From the NCBI GenBank assembly GCA_964016885.1, contig OZ024741.1, positions 183,334,001-183,398,000 of the forward strand: a stretch of 64,000 nt of DNA. The letters are read 5' to 3'. The notes under the pieces are model-generated. The model made no database searches and was not told where the DNA came from. It saw only the letters and a list, made by a program, of their open reading frames with translations. A program made the translations under genes and the position numbers. Shown piece by piece: positions 35,481-52,066 of the stretch; position 1 is the stretch's first letter, and every line of letters begins with the position of its first letter. The stretch is from Eledone cirrhosa. Taxonomy: Eukaryota.

Positions 35481-35652
35481 TAGTTATTTTAATTTGATTT
35501 AATTTATTGGACTTTATCCTATGGATTATACTTTGGATGTGTATGCTCTTTTTAATTGCTGAATGTACAAACACATTCAGCTTTAAATCCACTTTTCATA
35601 TAATAATAAGTTGATTTCTCAACTTCTCAAACTTGTTTAGATGCACACATAC

Positions 35653-35683
<31 letters not shown>

Positions 35684-38600
35684 TGTATGTATGTATGTAT
35701 GTATGTATGTATGTATGTATGTATGTATGTTATCTCTTTCTCTTAATTTTAAGTATATTTTTTTGACCGGCCACCTTCCTGGTGGCAAGGTTGTAAAAGA
35801 AAAGAAATTGTCATCCCTTGAATCGCAAGAATGTTTTGCAAATTTGGAAGGTGCCAGCTATCGCAGCCATTTGTAGACTATGAATTAGGGAGCTGCGCTT
35901 TTTGTCCGCAAATCCAAGTTCAGTCATACTTTGGTCCAAGCGGGTTGGTATATAACCCGTAGCTCCAATAATGATGGGTATGAAGCTAAAGGTGTATGTA
36001 TGTATGTATGTATGTATGTATGTATGTATGTATGTATGTATGTATGTATGTATGTATGTATGTATTTAAATTGTCTGAATTCAAATTCCACTGAACCCAA
36101 CCTTGTCTTACATTCTTTTGGAATCGATAAGTGAAGTTTCAGTCCTGGTCTGGTGGATTGGCAGAATTGTTAAAGAATTGGATGTGATGCTTTGCTGTCT
36201 CTGTGCATTCTGAGTTAAAATCCTGCTCCTCTCACCAGAACAATTGTTAGTTCTTACCAACAAATAGTATCAGCAATGAATTAAAAAAAAATGGAAACAT
36301 AGTCTTCTTGGTCCAATCTAATGAATGACTCATTTCCTTTTCTATTTAAATATACGTATATGTTTTATTATTTTTTTAGGCGGTGGATTGGCAGTATTGG
36401 TAGAACGTCCGACAACATGCTTTGCAGCATAGAGTTATGGCCCTTTACGTTTTGAGTTCAAATCCTGCCGAGGTTAGCTTTGCCTTTCATCCTTATGGGT
36501 TAGATAAAATAAAGGACCAATAATGCACTGGGGTCGATTTAATCGACTTTCCCTCTCTCCCAAAATCGCTGGCCTTGTGCCTAATGTAGAAACAATTATT
36601 TTTTTAGGCCCCAATCATTCTTGATATAGCAGACTTACAATCAGAGATATTTAGCTCTGACTATGTATCTCATCATTCCCTTTGATATAGTGTATCTAGG
36701 ATTACATCATTCAACGGGTCCTTCTTTTTTTTAACATAGTAGTGTATTAATTTGCTGTTTCTAGTATTTAGAATGACTATATAGATACCCTCATTGTTGC
36801 TCACACTACATATATTCAATGTTATGTAGAAAACTGTTGTTGCAGTTGTTTAACCCCAGCTCACCAAAGGGTAAGCTATAGTCAAAGGCGTTTCAGCCAT
36901 CTGTCGGGCATTGACTATCTAGGATTTCATTATGCCACTTATCAATAGAGCTGCTGTGATTTTAGGTATATTTTTACTACTATTTCTTCTTCGTGTGCTA
37001 TTGTAACAATATAAAATATGACAAAATTCTTTAATGGATTTTATTATATGGGGAGAGAAGCTGGGTAGATGTGGGGGAGGGTGTCAGTAAGTACTCATGT
37101 TGGTTTTAAACATATGCACCTCTCTTGCCAAATATATGTAATATATACGATGAAGTACTAAATTGTCTCCCTTGGAAAAATTCAAAGGGCGACAACTTAT
37201 TTCAAAATTAACAGACAAACCTATTCGCAGTTTCTTTATTTATTATATGATATAAAAACCGTTCAATATGTGATACTCGTTACCAAGCCATATATTCATT
37301 TATTCTTTAACTTGCTTCAGTAATTAGATTGTGGGCTGTTGAGAAACGCCTTTAAGGGACTTAGTGGATCATATGAGACTCATCATATATATGTCGTTAA
37401 TTACTTTGGTAAATGTTTACACTCAGCTCCGAGATAGGTATAATAGTATATATATATTTTTAATTTTAAAGGTGATTAATCGATGGGTTTGGTTAGAAAT
37501 TTGATTTTTCTGTGGATTTTGATGTGTTTTGAACGAATATGGCCTACAAAACATCGTTAATCACTCGTTTTATATGGTTCACCCACCCGAGAACTCCATA
37601 ACACTCGTCTCAAAGACGGGTGTAATATTTATTTATTTATTGGCGGGTGTAATAATAATAATAATGGCTTCTTATATAGGCACAAGGCCATCAATCTTGG
37701 GGGTGGGGAAAGTCGATTAAATTGACCCCAGTGCGTGACTGGTACTTTATTTTATCGATCCCGTAAGGATGAAAGGCAATGCTAACCTCGGGGGGATTTG
37801 TACTCAGAACGTAAAGGACATAACTCTATGCCGCGAAGCATGGTGTCCGACGCTCCACACCTTTATTTTACCGACCTCTTTTTGTTATGGAATATAAACA
37901 AATAATCAGTAAACACGCACAAGACGTGCTTCTACAATTTCTGTCTACTCAATTCTTCTCACAATCCTATGGTAGAAAACACTTGCCCAAGGTGCCACAT
38001 ACTGTGTCTGAAATTGAAACCACGCTGTTATAAAGCACAGCCATGCTTGCATCTATTTAGAATTAATCTATTTTTTTTCCTGCACGAGCAAATCATATAA
38101 CCAAAGGAATACATGGCCACTGCTTTCTTTTAACAAGCATAATGTATATAGAACTCCATTATACATCGGGCCCTTCCTTTTTTAAAGACAATTATGTGAG
38201 ACTGCTGCTATTACTAGCAGGTCAAGTGACTCTGTAAAAGCTTCACTTTGGGTTTTGTGGTTGCTCGGCTTGTTAGAGATAGTGGTTAAATTCCCCACAA
38301 ACCACATCCTACCGTCTAAAAAAAAGGCAAAACATTGGGTAACATAGTCTTAGATACATTGTAGTTTGAATAGAAGATTGTGGGGTTTGGAAAATATGTA
38401 ACGAAAGCCACCGAACCACCATCACTACAACTTTAACAGTAGCCTTATAAACTTCCAGCCAACAAGGAACGCTGGATACAATTGGTTGAGTTGTTAGAAA
38501 TAGCTGCTAAAAATCCCTTGAACCATATACTACTAGTCTTTAAAAAAAGCAGACGCATTAGATAACATGGTTTTAAATATTCATTAAAAATGGGATGTTC

Positions 38601-39309
38601 ATGGCATACATTTTTGATCATACGTCTGCTTGGTTAAAGCTAACCTGGGGCTAAACAATAACAACGAAAATGTCAGTAACGACAACTTGATAAATTGGTC
38701 AGCATAACAGAGTTACGTCCCTTCTGTTAGAAACTTGGTTTGAGAGGATGTGGAGTTGAGGGAATCCTAACAAATTGTGAAACAATGAAACTGATCTTTT
38801 CGACCCCCCTCCCGCCCCTAAGTAGCCAAAAGTGTCTACTGCGGACCTAATTTTATAGCAATATTAAATGCAATGGATATGTATCATAAAAAAGACACAA
38901 AACAATAATATTGGTTTGGTCATTGATATAGATGATAATGATGTATATAACAGGCATTTATGATTATTATTTGCTTACTTACTCAACTTCTGTTTGAGTC
39001 GTAGGGTGATGTCCTGATATGTTGTGTACTAATCTTCTTCATCTGTTGCAGCTGTATGTCTCAGCTAAAAGTTTTCATATTTATCTTTTCCTCTTTCCCC
39101 TTCTCCTGTCCTCCTCCACAGTTCCTTGCAGAACATCCTTTGCAAGATAACTGGATCTTTATACAGGAAGGAGGGTGCCAATACATGCAGAGTGTTTGAG
39201 TGACATACAGAGCAAGAAAGTTAGTCACAATGTAAAAGCAGAGTGGAAAGAAGTAGAAAAATAACTGAGATAAGTAAAACAACAGGTTTATATAATAATC
39301 ACTCCAGAG

Positions 39310-41395
39310 ATCATTACAAAACAAGCTGCAAAACTACCTAACTGGAAGGCACCCATATTAGACAAGCTTGCAAAGGTTCTGTCCGAGGAACCTTAAAATA
39401 CAGAGGCAATGTATTAAATGCAAGTCTCTAGAGCAGAAGTTTCATGAATTAGATGACTATGAACAGAAAGGGCAGAGGTCTCAGACTTCAAACCAATAAA
39501 TTGTTTTCCTTTACTATGAAAACTGTTAACAAGTGTTTGAAGAAAGTATCTATGCTCACCAAGTGAAACAAAGCATACTCCCTAATGAACAGAAAGAATG
39601 TTACAGAAATTCATGAGGGACAAAAGACCAGCTGCTAATTGACAAGATGATAATAAGAAACTGTAAAAGAAGAAAAATTGGGTTAGTAGTAGGGTGGATA
39701 GATTACAAGAAAGTATTTGATATGGTCCTCCTCTCTTGGATTTTTGAAACACTCAAATTATTCAGAATTACAAATAACATAACTGAACTGATAAATGTAA
39801 GCATGATGGGTGGAGAAAAGAATTAATAACAGGAGAACACTCACTTGAATGAGTCTAAATAAACTGGTGGGCAGGTGGTATTTCTCAAGAGGACAGGTTA
39901 TCACCCTTATTGTTTATCATTACCTTTATATCATTCTTGAGAGAGTTGAGAAAATCCAAAGCCAGATATAGTTTAGGAAAACAGGAGAGCACTAACCATT
40001 TGATATTCATGGATGACCTGAAGTTATATAGTGAGAACTGGAAACACTTGTGAGCTTAGTGAGAGTACTTAGCAATGACATAAAAATGGAGTTTGGTATT
40101 TCCAGAGAAGCAAATGCAAGAAAAGTGATGGGATGAATTGACAAAACAAAAGAGAAGATTCGAGAAATTAACACAAGCAATGGATATAAATACCTGTGGG
40201 TTTGGAAGCTGATGGTATAAAAGATGGACAAATGAAAAACAAAATCATGAGAGAATACCACCAGAAGGTAAAGAGACTTTTGAAATTCAAACTCAATGGC
40301 ATAAATATCATCAGTACCATGACCCACCATCAGATGTAGCACAAGAGTAATAAAGTGGCAAAGGAAAAACTTGAGAAATTAAAGTAAGAAAGGTGATAAC
40401 TATATTTAGAGCCTTACATGCAGATGTCAACAGGTTATATTTCAACAGAAAAGGAGGATGATGGCTGAGAAACATAGAAGACTGTGTGAAGGTAAAGGTA
40501 GAGAGACTGAGGAAGTATGATGCTGATAGTGAAAAGGTACTCTTGATAGCAGGACAGAGATAGGAGATGTGCAGTGAAAGAAAAGAAAAAAGTAAAGTCC
40601 TCAAAATGAGTAAACAATGATATGGACAGAAAAGTCTACACAGAAAGCTTTTTCAAAATATTGAAGTATATCAAGACAAGAAGTCATTCCAGTGGCTAAA
40701 GAAGGGAGACCTGAAAAGAGAGAGGCAGGGTTTAATCTTAGCTGCACAGGATTAGGTAATCAGGATGAGATATATCAGAAAGAACATGAATAAGGGAACA
40801 TCTCAGTTGCATGTAGAATGTCTTGTAAAAAAGAAATTATGATGGAGCATGTGGTCTTCGAGTGCAAGAAGCTAGCTCAAAAACATTATAAGAACAGGAG
40901 ACATGACAAAGTTGCCACAATCTTACATTGCAAAATGGGTAAAAAATTTGAATATGAACATGAAAGATGTAGTATAACCACAAACCAGATCATGTCCAAG
41001 AAAACAACCATGTAAAAGTATTATGGGATGTGAAGATTTAAAAGGATCTAATAGAGCATTCACACCCAGATATTGTTATTTCCAAGAAGAAAAAGTTTTT
41101 GTTAACTGATGATATAAAAATGGTAGACAAAGAATGTGAGAAAATAGATAAGTACCAAGACCTGAGATACAAAATGATGCAGAGAATTTATAATTGTGGC
41201 AAAGTCCTTATCATCCCAACTGTAATAGGAGCCATTAGGGACAGTGGTTAGAAATTTTAATGGTTGGTTGAAGATGTTGGATATAGTGGTGAATTTCCTG
41301 ACTCTAAAGAAGGTTTGTTTGCTTGGCCCAACAAGAGATACATGAAAGGTGCTAGACACCTATGACTGCAGGAGACAGTTTGATATTTAACAACA
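39310..41395 (+). mobile_element. Heavily decayed R4/Dong/HERO-like LINE (reverse transcriptase, zinc finger, restriction-like endonuclease)
   Basis: Remnants GTKDQLLIDKMI, WIDYKKVFDMV, LSPLLFII, NHLIFMDDLK, EHVVFECKKLAQKHYKNRRHDKVA and PDIV. Confidence 0.85.
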
Positions 41396-41629
41396 AAATG
41401 TTGAACAAATTTAGGTAGAAGGCCAGCAATTTTGGAAGAGGGGCCAATGAAATTAACTCCAGTATATGACTGATAGTTGATTTTATCGCACTGAAACAAT
41501 GAAAGGAATAGTTGAGCTCAGTAAAATTCAAACTTAGAATGTAAAGAGTCTAACTAAATGCTTTAAAGCCTTTTGTCTGATACTATAACGTTTCTTCCAA
41601 TCCACCAGCTTAATAATAACAATCTAATA

Positions 41630-43418
41630 TATAATGATTGGAGAACTGCGAGACTGTGTCAAGTTTATTTTACATCACGTTATTAAAATAAGTTGGATTA
41701 CTTGGAATAAATGATGAATGAATATTATTTGCCTTTCATCCTTACGGGGTCGATAAAATAAAGTACCAGTAATGTACTGGGTAATTGCTGGCCTTGTGCC
41801 AAAAAATAGAAACAATTATGTAATTTATCTACTAAATTTCTTAGCTCTTAATTAAACAAATCATTTTATATATAATGTATTGCTTATTTCAAGATTTTCT
41901 TCTATTAAAACTTTCAAATGTCAACTTCCATTAACATTCATATCATAACATTTCGCTGTAATGATTACAGAAGAAAATGTAACACAGTCTTTGTTCAATT
42001 TATGTGCATATTGTCAATTTACTTTTCAATTCATGTATCATATCTATATGCATATATATATTTGCATGTAGTATCAATATGCACACTACATATGCTAGCA
42101 GAAAACTGCCTGGAGGGTGGTACTTCTGCTAGTAATAATAATTGTTTCTACTTTTGGCACAAGGCCAGCAATTACCCAGTACATTACTGGTACTTTATTT
42201 TATCGACCCCCGTAAGGATGAAAGGCAAAGTTAACCTCGGCGGGATTTGAACTCAGATCATAAAGGGATGTAACTCTATGCTTCAAAGCATGGTGTCCGA
42301 CTCTCTACCGATACTGCCAATCCACCGCCCTAGTACTCTGCTAGTAATAATAATGATTCCTGATTTTAGGCACAAGGCCAGCAAATGTGGATGAAAGGCA
42401 AAGTTAACTTGGGAAGGATTTGAAATTAGAACATAAAGGGCCGTAACTCTAATCCACAAAGCACGGTGTCTGAGGTTCTCTCGATACTGCCAATCCATTG
42501 CCATTAATCATAATATACTAAAGGGAAGAGTACGGGACTGTATCCTGAATATATTTTTTTATCCCGTTAATAAAGTTAGATTAGTTTGAATAAATATTGA
42601 ATGAATATTACATAATTTATGTACTAAATTTCGTAGCTGTTGATTAAACATAAATATTGTTATATATAATGATTGCTTATTTTAAGATTCACTTCTTTTA
42701 CAATTTCCAAATGTCAATACTTCCGGATATGATATAACAGACGCTATATCATATATTGCTTATATAAACATTCATATACTAGCATCGTTATATAAGGTTT
42801 ATATTTGCACCGCTAATTTTCTCCTTTTTGGTTTTCACTACATTTCACCATAATGCAGTTTATATATAATATTGTCTTTTTTAAATGTATCATGGATTAC
42901 TTTACTGATTTCAGAAGACACTGTAACAGTCTCTCTTCAATTTCTGTGCATATTGTCAATTACGATTTTATTTTATGTATTATATCTACATGCAAGTATA
43001 GTTGCATATAATATCAATATGCACACGTCCCACCACCCACACCCCATCCACACCACCCCCTCCTATGTAAAGTTATGTTGGTGCCACAACATCCAGGCCG
43101 AAACAAATGAGATCGTGTAGGTGTCACGACAAAAAAACACACAGTCCACGCTGTAATGTGGCCGTGTAGGCAACACGGTAAAAACCTCCCAGTCCCACAC
43201 TGTAAATGTGGTTGGTGTTAGGAAGGGCATCCAACTGTAGAAAACCTGCCAGACAGTCCTATGCGAGCAAGACAATCACTCTTGCCTCAAGTGGGAATAC
43301 CCCCATCCAAACCCATGCAAGCGTGGAACACGGACGTTAAACGTTGATGATGATGATGATGATGATGACACTGTGCATGCTAGCAGAAAACCATCCAAAG
43401 GATGGTTTTTCTGCTAGT
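41630..43418 (+). mobile_element. Two tandem non-autonomous Helitron-like elements interrupted by SINEs and an RTE tail; a third copy is split between 6120-6340 and 8255-8369
   Basis: Shared AT-rich body and a 3' hairpin followed by TTCTGCTAG|T at 42132, 43417 and 8368. Confidence 0.6.
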
Positions 43419-43917
43419 AATAATAATAATTGTTTCTACTTTAGGCACAAGGCCAGCAATTACCCAGTTCATTACTGGTACTTTATTTTATCGACCCCGT
43501 AAGGATGAATAATAATGTTTTTACTTATGACACAAGGCCAGCAATTACCTCAGTGCATTACTGGTGCTTTATTTTATTGACACTGCAAGGATGAAAGGCA
43601 AAGTCAAAGTTAACCTGGCTCAGAATGTAAAGGGCCATAACTATGATGCAAAACATGGTGTCTGATGCTCTACCGATACTGCTACTACTACTAATGATAA
43701 TTGTTTCTACTTTAGGCACAAGGCCAGCAATTTGAAGGGGAGGGAAAAGTCGATTAAATCGACTTCAGTGCATTACTGGTATTTTGATTTTATCAACTCC
43801 GTAAGGATGAAAGGCAAAGCTAATCTGGGCAGGATTTGAACTCAGAACACAATGGGCCAAAACTCTATGTTGAAAGCATGGTGTTTAGCACTCTACTTAT
43901 CCTGCCAATCCACCGTC

Positions 43918-43956
<39 letters not shown>

Positions 43957-44711
43957 ATAATAATAATAATAATTGTTTCTACTTTTGGCACAAGGCCAGC
44001 AATTATCCCAGTGTATTACTGGTACTACTACTAATAATAAAAAAAAAACTCCTTGCAACTCAGAAAAGTGCTTGACAATTGAAGGTGCCACCTTATTCCA
44101 GTGGTTGTGGACAGCAGCCTCCAGAATTATATCACCTGCAACAAATGCTGTGTGACAAGCAGATAACAACAACAACAACAACAACAAGACACACAGTGAA
44201 TGATATAAATATATTTTCAATATCAGATTTTTGCAGAGAAACAACCCCACCTCTCATCACCAATCATCATCTCACATGAAAAACAAATAAACATTTAACT
44301 GGTTTATGACATGTTGGATTAATTAATTAATTAATTAATTGAATAATTAACACTGTTAATGCGTCTCCATCTTAATTGTTATCCCCTTTTTCTTTTATTC
44401 CAATGAAATTTAACAAGTCTTTTTTTAAAAATTCATTTCATTTCTCCTTAGTTCCTTCATATCTTAACGAAATATATTTATTTTTAACATACAGACAAGG
44501 TCAAAAGTTTGAGGAGATAGGAAGTGTTAGCTAAATCAGCTCCAATACATTACTGGTACTTTATTTTATCAACCATGGAATGATGAACAGCAGTTGAATT
44601 CAGAAGGAATTGAACTTAGAGCTAAAACAAATACTGCCAGGTGTTTTGTCTGATGCTGTAATGATTTTGCTAATCCAATGCCTTTAAAAGAATATAATAA
44701 TTTTTTTTCAT

Positions 44712-44978
44712 TTATTGGGTTGAAAGTCTTTGGAGTTGGTCAGAGACATTTTTTCTAAATGGCATGAGGAAATCTGGGAAGTCGACTTGCCATCCAAATT
44801 GTGACCTCAGAGTATCTTTCCTGCTCATTAGTTGTTCAGTGTTTTGCATTTGGATCCAAGGTTTAGGTGGCTGATAAGTAATGTCCTCAGCCTGTTCTTT
44901 GTTGTCCATAATTGCTTCTGCCAATTGGTGGATAGCGGCTGGTTCCTTTTCAGTGATTGGCATGCTCTCGGGTAGTTC
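44712..44978 (-). CDS. ANKEF1: ANKEF1 terminal coding exon
   Basis: cag|GAA acceptor in phase 0. Translates ELPESM..EDITYQPPKPW..TEQLMSRKDTLRSQFGWQVDFPDFLMPFRKNV..stop, matching the ANKEF1 C-terminal VDFxDFxMPFxKN motif. Confidence 0.9.
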   Translation of the reverse strand, partial: ELPESMPITEKEPAAIHQLAEAIMDNKEQAEDITYQPPKPWIQMQNTEQLMSRKDTLRSQFGWQVDFPDFLMPFRKNVSDQLQRLSTQ

Positions 44979-45388
44979 CTGGCAATAGCAAGGTGGTGGT
45001 ATTGTTGGTGTCATTGGTGTTGGTAACATTGTTGTTAGTGGTAGTAGTGCCATTGGGTGGCATCAGTGATGGTGTTGGTGGATATGTTAGTGTTAGCAGA
45101 TGTGGTACCATTGGTGTTAGCAATAGAGTTGGTGTTATTTTCATTGTTGGTATCATTGGTAATGGCATTGGTGTTAGTGGAAAAAAAGAAGATAAATAAG
45201 GCATGAGAGTAGAGATAAAAGATAGATAATATATATTATATAACAATATCTTTTGCATTTGCATTCTTATTCTATGTCCATACCTGCATTGTTTTGGCTT
45301 TATTATATATATACAAACGTTTATACCTCATTACACAATGCTTCAAGTGAACTATAACTTCCTCCATATATATATATATTTATATATT

Positions 45389-45419
<31 letters not shown>

Positions 45420-46986
45420 CCAAAAGAATGAAAAATATCAAAATACATTAAAATAATTATGTTTACATCTACAAGTGTAATAGAATGGCATGTGGTTCAC
45501 AGCATTACAGGTTCAAATCCTGCTATAGGCAGCACCCACACACACACTCATACTGATGTATTGAAAAGTACACATATATTCTCACATACTATCACAAGCA
45601 TATATTTATATATTCTCACATACAAACACAGGTTTCACTCACACATAGCCACCCTCACATGTACTTATGAATCTATAATCCCATGCACACCAATACAAAT
45701 ATACACATATATGCTCATCTTGCTCATACTCGTGGACTTGTACACATACATATGTATTTACACATATTCTCACACATACATACATATAGTCATAGACACA
45801 CATCTTACACATGAACTCATGCATTCTTACACATATTCATACAAACAAAAACACACATATAAATATGTACCCCCATTACATGTGTTCTCATACATCTGTA
45901 TTCATATGTGTGGTACACATACATGGACACACACACACACACACACACACATAAATCTGCTGCACTCAATCCCAGAAAGCAACTTGCTTAAATAAATCTC
46001 TACGAGCTCTGCCAATTAAATCAGTGAAAAATATTGATTTCTCACATAGGCACAAGGTAAAAAATTCTTTAGTGATGGAATAGTTGATTATTTTGACCCC
46101 AGCACTTGACTGTTGTGGAGGCATATGGCCTAGTGGTAAGGGTGTTAAACTTACAATCATAATGTCATGGATTCAATTTCTGGGCTGGGTTGAGTTGTGT
46201 GTTCTTGAGCAAAACACTTCATTTCACGTTTTTCCAGTATACTCTGCTGAAAATGAGTACCAGCAATAGCTAGGATTTAACCCTGCAATGGACTGGTGTC
46301 CTTTCCAGGGAAGAGTCTTGTACTCTCAGTTACTTCACACCATGAAACTGGGATAAGTACTGGACTAACGAGCCTTAAATGCCTTAAGACTGACTCTAGA
46401 CATGATTGTTACTTTTTATCAATCCCAGAAAGAGAAAGAGCAAAATTAACATAGAAAAGGATTTGTACTCAGAATGTAAAGTACCACAGTGTAACAAAAT
46501 ACCACAAGCCATTTTCACCTGATACTCATGTTAGCGAGGAAGATGGACATAAACAACAACAACAACAATGGTGTTGGCGTCGTTGTCGTCGTTGTTGTTG
46601 TTGTTTACGTCCATCTTCCATGCTAGCATGAGTTTCAGGTGAAAATGACTCGAAAATCGATGATGATTCGGTTAATCCAACACGGTGCAAAATATTTGCT
46701 CTTGAATCTTAACCAAAAGGCTGGGAAGAAATATAGTAATTTCTAATTTAGGCACAAGGCCAGAAAATTTGGGGAAGGGCCAGGATTGATTAAATCAACC
46801 CTAATACTTGACCAGTACTTTATTTTGTTGACCCTAGAAGGATGAAAGGTAAAGTTGACTATGGAGGAATTTGAATCCAGAATGTAAAGAACTAGAACGA
46901 ATACTGCAATGGCATCTTATCTTATGCTCTACCAATTTTGCCAATCCACTACCCTCCAAGAAGGGAAATATTAGAAAGAGTCTTAC

Positions 46987-47135
46987 CTCTATTTCGCCTT
47001 CAACGGATGGTTTAATTGACTTCTTTGGTTTTGCACCTTTCTTGCTTTTATCTATTGGTGGTGTCCATTTTGAATTTACAGCATTGATCACCCTTGGGTC
47101 AGCAAATGACATTGCTATGTCAAGAGGATTGAGAC
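46987..47135 (-). CDS. ANKEF1: ANKEF1 penultimate coding exon
   Basis: tag|..|gtaaga boundaries. Translates (G)LNPLDIAMSFADPRVINAVNSKW..EGEIE, and phases match both neighbouring exons. Confidence 0.9.
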
Positions 47136-49669
47136 CTAAAACATACATTTTGGAACACATTTACAGTTGCCATTAACATTACAGTACTTTAACTCTTAAC
47201 GTCCTGTACTGCATGAAAACACATTAGCAAGATTTTCTTGAAAAGTACAAAGACAGCATCAAATAAAAAAAATTAAGTCTTTATTTTAGTTTACTGCAAA
47301 TTTTCTCAAAGATCTGTCAATTAGTAAATATACTATAAACAAATCCTATTTTAGATATTTTTTGCTAAAATAATTACAGAATGTTAAAAGTAAAAACCTA
47401 ATCATGTTCGTAGTTGTCTTATGAACTTAAAGAAAATTATTAAAATAATATATAGTATACTAGTAGCCATGTCTAACTTTGCCTGAGCTTACTAATATCT
47501 AAAATAAATACAATCATATGAATTCCTTATATTTTGGATAAATTGTTTTAAAAAGACGTTGACAATCTGTTTGTCTGGGAATATTGGGTCACTCAGAATT
47601 GTTACATCCAAGCCATCCAATATGGCTGATGTTGAACTTCATAAAAATGCGCAAAAAGCAAATAACTACAGAAGCTAAAATTTTACTTTTAAAAATTTTC
47701 TGGAAAAACATACCACCTTCAAAACACTGTAGTAGTTTATGTAATTACTATAAATAAATTTCTTTTCAGTAAATTTTTACAATGTCTATCGCTGAGCTTG
47801 GCTATACAATTTAATTAGTTTTTCTGTCAAGAGCTAAAAAGATCAAACTTCTGAAAACGCCATATATCCTCTGACATTCTCTTTGAAAAGTTATTCCTCT
47901 ATGCATAACTACAGTTACCTAGTTGTATGCCCCCCCCCCCCCCCTCCTCCCAATATCAGGTTAATTACTCAGAGACATCACTTACTTGAAAAAACAATAG
48001 TTAAAACATTGATCATATTTAATGCCGCAAGTATGCAAAACTATAATTAAAGGTAATTGATCGACAAGTATAAGATATTTGCCCCATAACTGTATTTGTA
48101 GGTGGAGTTCCCTAACCATCAAAATCTCCCTTCTATTCTTGCTGGTAATATCAAAAGGAAAAGTTGAACCAATATGTTTGGTACCAGGTTAAACCTTTCA
48201 TTATCATATTTCTAATTAAATACGCTGTATTTTAATTAGTTAACGTGGAATTTGGAAAGATGTACTAAAATTAATAATTATTTAATTATCATGATGATAT
48301 TTCTAACTCAACAAAATGTCCTTATATAAAATTATTTTGGAATAATTTAATATAAATATGGTGGTTTAGTTTTACAAAATTAGAGCTGGTTTTGGGAGGG
48401 TTGGTATCAGTAGCTATCAGAATAGTACAACACTATACTGCATATGGGACTACACTCCAGATTTTACTTAACCTTATCCAAACCAAAGGTAATCATAAGG
48501 CAGTGATCCTATTTAATCCATAGTTGATGAGCACTAGGATACTTTTACATACTGTTAGGCCTCCATGCCATATCTCTAGAAGCAAACCTCCTTAGAGTCC
48601 CTGATAAGTTAAGCATGGGTCTGCAAGGTGCCTAGTCACCGTGTATCATTACAAGGAATGTTACCTTCGATTTATTACTAGAGATGATATGTACTGGTAG
48701 GGAAGACCCAGGAACTCAGCTTTCCCTTTCACTTTGCTCCTAGACTTTGATGAAAACCTGAATGTGGGAAGATGGCAAACACGCAGATCACCCTTGTTGA
48801 CACCCTTGTTGACACACTTGATACATCCCAGCTTAATGACTAATGTTATTTAAACAACCAGCTTAATGACTAATGTTATTTAAACCATATAATATTGGGT
48901 GTTAAACTAATGTCCTTCCTCCACTGCATAAATATTTATAAATAGATATTAAATCATCATCATCATTTAATGCCCATTTTCCATGCTAGCATGGGTAAGA
49001 TGGGCTGTCCCTTTGTGAGAAATTAAGTCGGGGACTGTGTTTCGCTCGCACAGAACTGATTTTGGCTTAGTTTCTATGGCTGGATGCCCTTCTTAACGCC
49101 AACCACATAATGCGCACAATAATATAAGGCACACAAGGCGTCGCTCATTGGAAGCAAACTCAGAACAGCATTAACAATTCAGCCGTGCCAACAATTTAAC
49201 TGAACTATTGGCTGGAAGTGAATAAGGGAGACAATTAAGTCGTAGCAGTAAATTGAAATATAAACCATTAAAGTATAGTAATAATCATCTGAAGCAAGAG
49301 CAATTGTATTTTTCTATGTCTGATACTGACTTAGTTTTTCTGTTAACTGGTATAAGATTCACACACGTACCCGCACACACATATGACAGCGTGTGCATAA
49401 AACGCTCTCTCTCTCTCTATGTCACACAAACACATACACATACACACACGCACAAATGGATATTCTATGTGGTTTAGATGCTGCAGCATAACCTCAGTCC
49501 AATTACTGAAACCAGTAGAAGGGTAAAAGATTTGTGTGCATGCCCATTGTATATACACACCCATATCATATACACATTGTATATATACACCCATATTATA
49601 TATATGACAGTGAGAGAGAGAGACTCACTCTCTGAATATGGCAAGTGGGAAACAAACTGCAGCCAGTCA

Positions 49670-51378
<1,709 letters not shown>

Positions 51379-51429
51379 GGAATACAATGAAACGAAATTT
51401 CATTTCTCCCTCTTAGTACGGCACTTACT

Positions 51430-51990
51430 TATATATAATGTTGAAAGAGATAGAAGGCTAAATAATGCAAAATGGACTGCAAGATGAGGTAACGAAAAGT
51501 AAAAGAAAGTTACCTGATAATCTTTGTTTTGCTTTTTGCTGTTGTTGTTCTTTTTTCTGTCCAATATTTCAGGACTTCAGGGTTTAAGGAACTTTCAGCA
51601 GATAATGTTCTAATTTCCTCTCTTTGGGATTGAATTTTGATTTTGGTTTAAATTTTTTCTAAGTCGTTTTCAAGCGCTTTTTATAGTTATTTCACTTTCC
51701 ACAAGAATGACGTCAATTGCCAATATAGTATTTCGTGAAATCAATTTTCTTTTTTGTATGAGATGTTTAGTTATGTGCCTGTGGGTGTGTCTTTTTATGT
51801 CAAGTACTGTGTGCTGAGTTCTAATCTATTATTTATTTGCACTATGTATGAGCAAGGTTTCTTTAATTCTTAAAGAATAACAACAAAAAACAAAACAAAG
51901 ATTACCAGGTAACTTACTTTTACTTTCCATTACCTTATCTTACAGTCCATTTTGCATTGTTTACCCTTCTGTCTTTCAATGTTATATATT
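51430..51990. mobile_element. Element with ~125 bp degenerate terminal inverted repeats between (TA)n tracts
   Basis: 51430-51555 pairs with 51871-51990. Confidence 0.7.
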
Positions 51991-52022
51991 ATATACAATG
52001 TTTCAAGCAAACTACAACATTT

Positions 52023-52066
<44 letters not shown>

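Noticed and set aside
44979-45264. Extension of the ANKEF1 last exon by the Pro/Thr-rich ORFs
   Set aside because: This is low-complexity ACC/AAC intronic sequence. A phase-compatible acceptor exists at 44978.
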